Sequence record: SRR20825010_3786
Strand: one strand, 5' to 3'
Length of the DNA stretch: 35,918 nucleotides
Both the position numbers and the translations under genes were made by a program. The notes below the pieces were generated by a model. The model had not been told where the DNA came from. It ran no database searches and saw only the letters and a list, made by a program, of their open reading frames with translations. Positions within the stretch are counted from its first letter, which is position 1; every line of letters begins with the position of its first letter. Of the stretch, positions 35,141-35,918 are shown piece by piece.

Positions 35141-35786
35141 ATTTATAGCTGTCGGTGGTAACGGCTTCTACTATCCAAAGAGGCTTTTCGTTGGTTTTGA
35201 GTTTGATTTTTCCAGTGATTTCGGCAGTCAGCTCAATGGGTTCCAAAAGCATTTCATTCTCATAGTCACCATAAAACCCTTCCGAAGTAAAAAAGGTGTT
35301 TTGCGCTATAGGATGAATACCGAAATGATGACTGACCATCACCCATTTTTCAAAATGTCCGCTGGCAACGTAAGTCCATTTTTGGTGAATGGCAAAAACG
35401 ATACTGTCGATTTGTTTTGAGAATTCTCTTACTGTATCGAGCACTGTGGATTGATAAATATCAGCCATCACATTCACCGCTGGGTATTTATGATCGAGCA
35501 GGAAGATATAAGCGCAGGCGAGCAAATTATCGTCTTCAAAGCCCAAAAGTTGAACGGGAGATTGTTCCGCAAGCCTTGGCTTGAGGGTTTGTAGGTTGGC
35601 GATGTTGGCCACCACCACGTCAATCTTAATTCCCCATTTCAATACTTCGCTGAGGGCTTTTTCGGTAACAATAACGGTTGGACTCCATTCTAAAAGCTGG
35701 TCTACATCTTCAATCGTTAAGGCTTGCGGATCGTCAATGAGTAAAGCGGGCTCTTGTTCGTCTCTAACAATGTGGTGTGATGACAT
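35139..35786 (-). CDS. Thiamine pyrophosphokinase-like protein (Bacteroidota type, apparently degenerate)
   Basis: Characteristic MSSHHIVRDEQEPAL and QLLEWSP, GIKIDVV, FEKW; no GDFD. Confidence 0.75.
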   Translation of the reverse strand: MSSHHIVRDEQEPALLIDDPQALTIEDVDQLLEWSPTVIVTEKALSEVLKWGIKIDVVVANIANLQTLKPRLAEQSPVQLLGFEDDNLLACAYIFLLDHKYPAVNVMADIYQSTVLDTVREFSKQIDSIVFAIHQKWTYVASGHFEKWVMVSHHFGIHPIAQNTFFTSEGFYGDYENEMLLEPIELTAEITGKIKLKTNEKPLWIVEAVTTDSYK

Positions 35787-35893
35787 GCGGTGGATTTCCT
35801 TGGATAAATACGGTGGTCAAAATTGCAGCATTTTTAAAGAATCAAAAACGATTGGTGAGAGAATTTTGATAAAGAAGTGTAGTCCTAACCCCT

Positions 35894-35918
35894 GTCGCAG
35901 GTTCTCCGAACCTGTGAC
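35894..35918. repeat. REP-like palindrome, possibly truncated by the window edge
   Basis: GTCGCAGGTTC-TCC-GAACCTGTGAC (11-bp arms, one mismatch). Confidence 0.6.

Noticed and set aside
35787-35918. TPP riboswitch upstream of the TPK-like gene
   Set aside because: No CTGAGA...ACCTGA aptamer core on the coding strand within the visible sequence

Overview
AT-rich chromosomal window from a Bacteroidota (probably Cytophagales) bacterium. This assignment rests on repeated TAnnTTTG-type -7 promoter boxes, the absence of Shine-Dalgarno sites, and the gene content. It holds about 39 CDS and no rRNA, tRNA, CRISPR array, transposase or integrase. Most genes are housekeeping or envelope genes (pruA, YjjG, ArsR, pafA, dusB, cdsA, gdh, psd, msrC, ribD, prmC, TPK-like), plus three regulatory modules: a hydrolase-LytS-LytTR operon, a BlaI-M56 pair and an orphan XRE gene. 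The most interesting region is the left-end minus-strand operon: fasciclin, a DUF4331-like protein split into two separately exported halves, a TPR lipoprotein, and a His-rich protein ending in poly-Pro. It sits behind a SigK-like ECF promoter. It carries several independent metal-binding hints: a predicted N-terminal Xaa-Xaa-His (ATCUN) site, a 16-His tract, and a CutF/CruR-like Pro tail. It also contains a 44-bp palindrome inside the His tract. Other notable cis elements are three 20-bp-spaced BlaI operator palindromes running into the start codon, LytTR-type direct repeats, a palindromic bidirectional promoter in a 29-bp gap, candidate leaderless starts, and REP-like palindromes. All family calls come from motif recognition by eye; no database searches were run.
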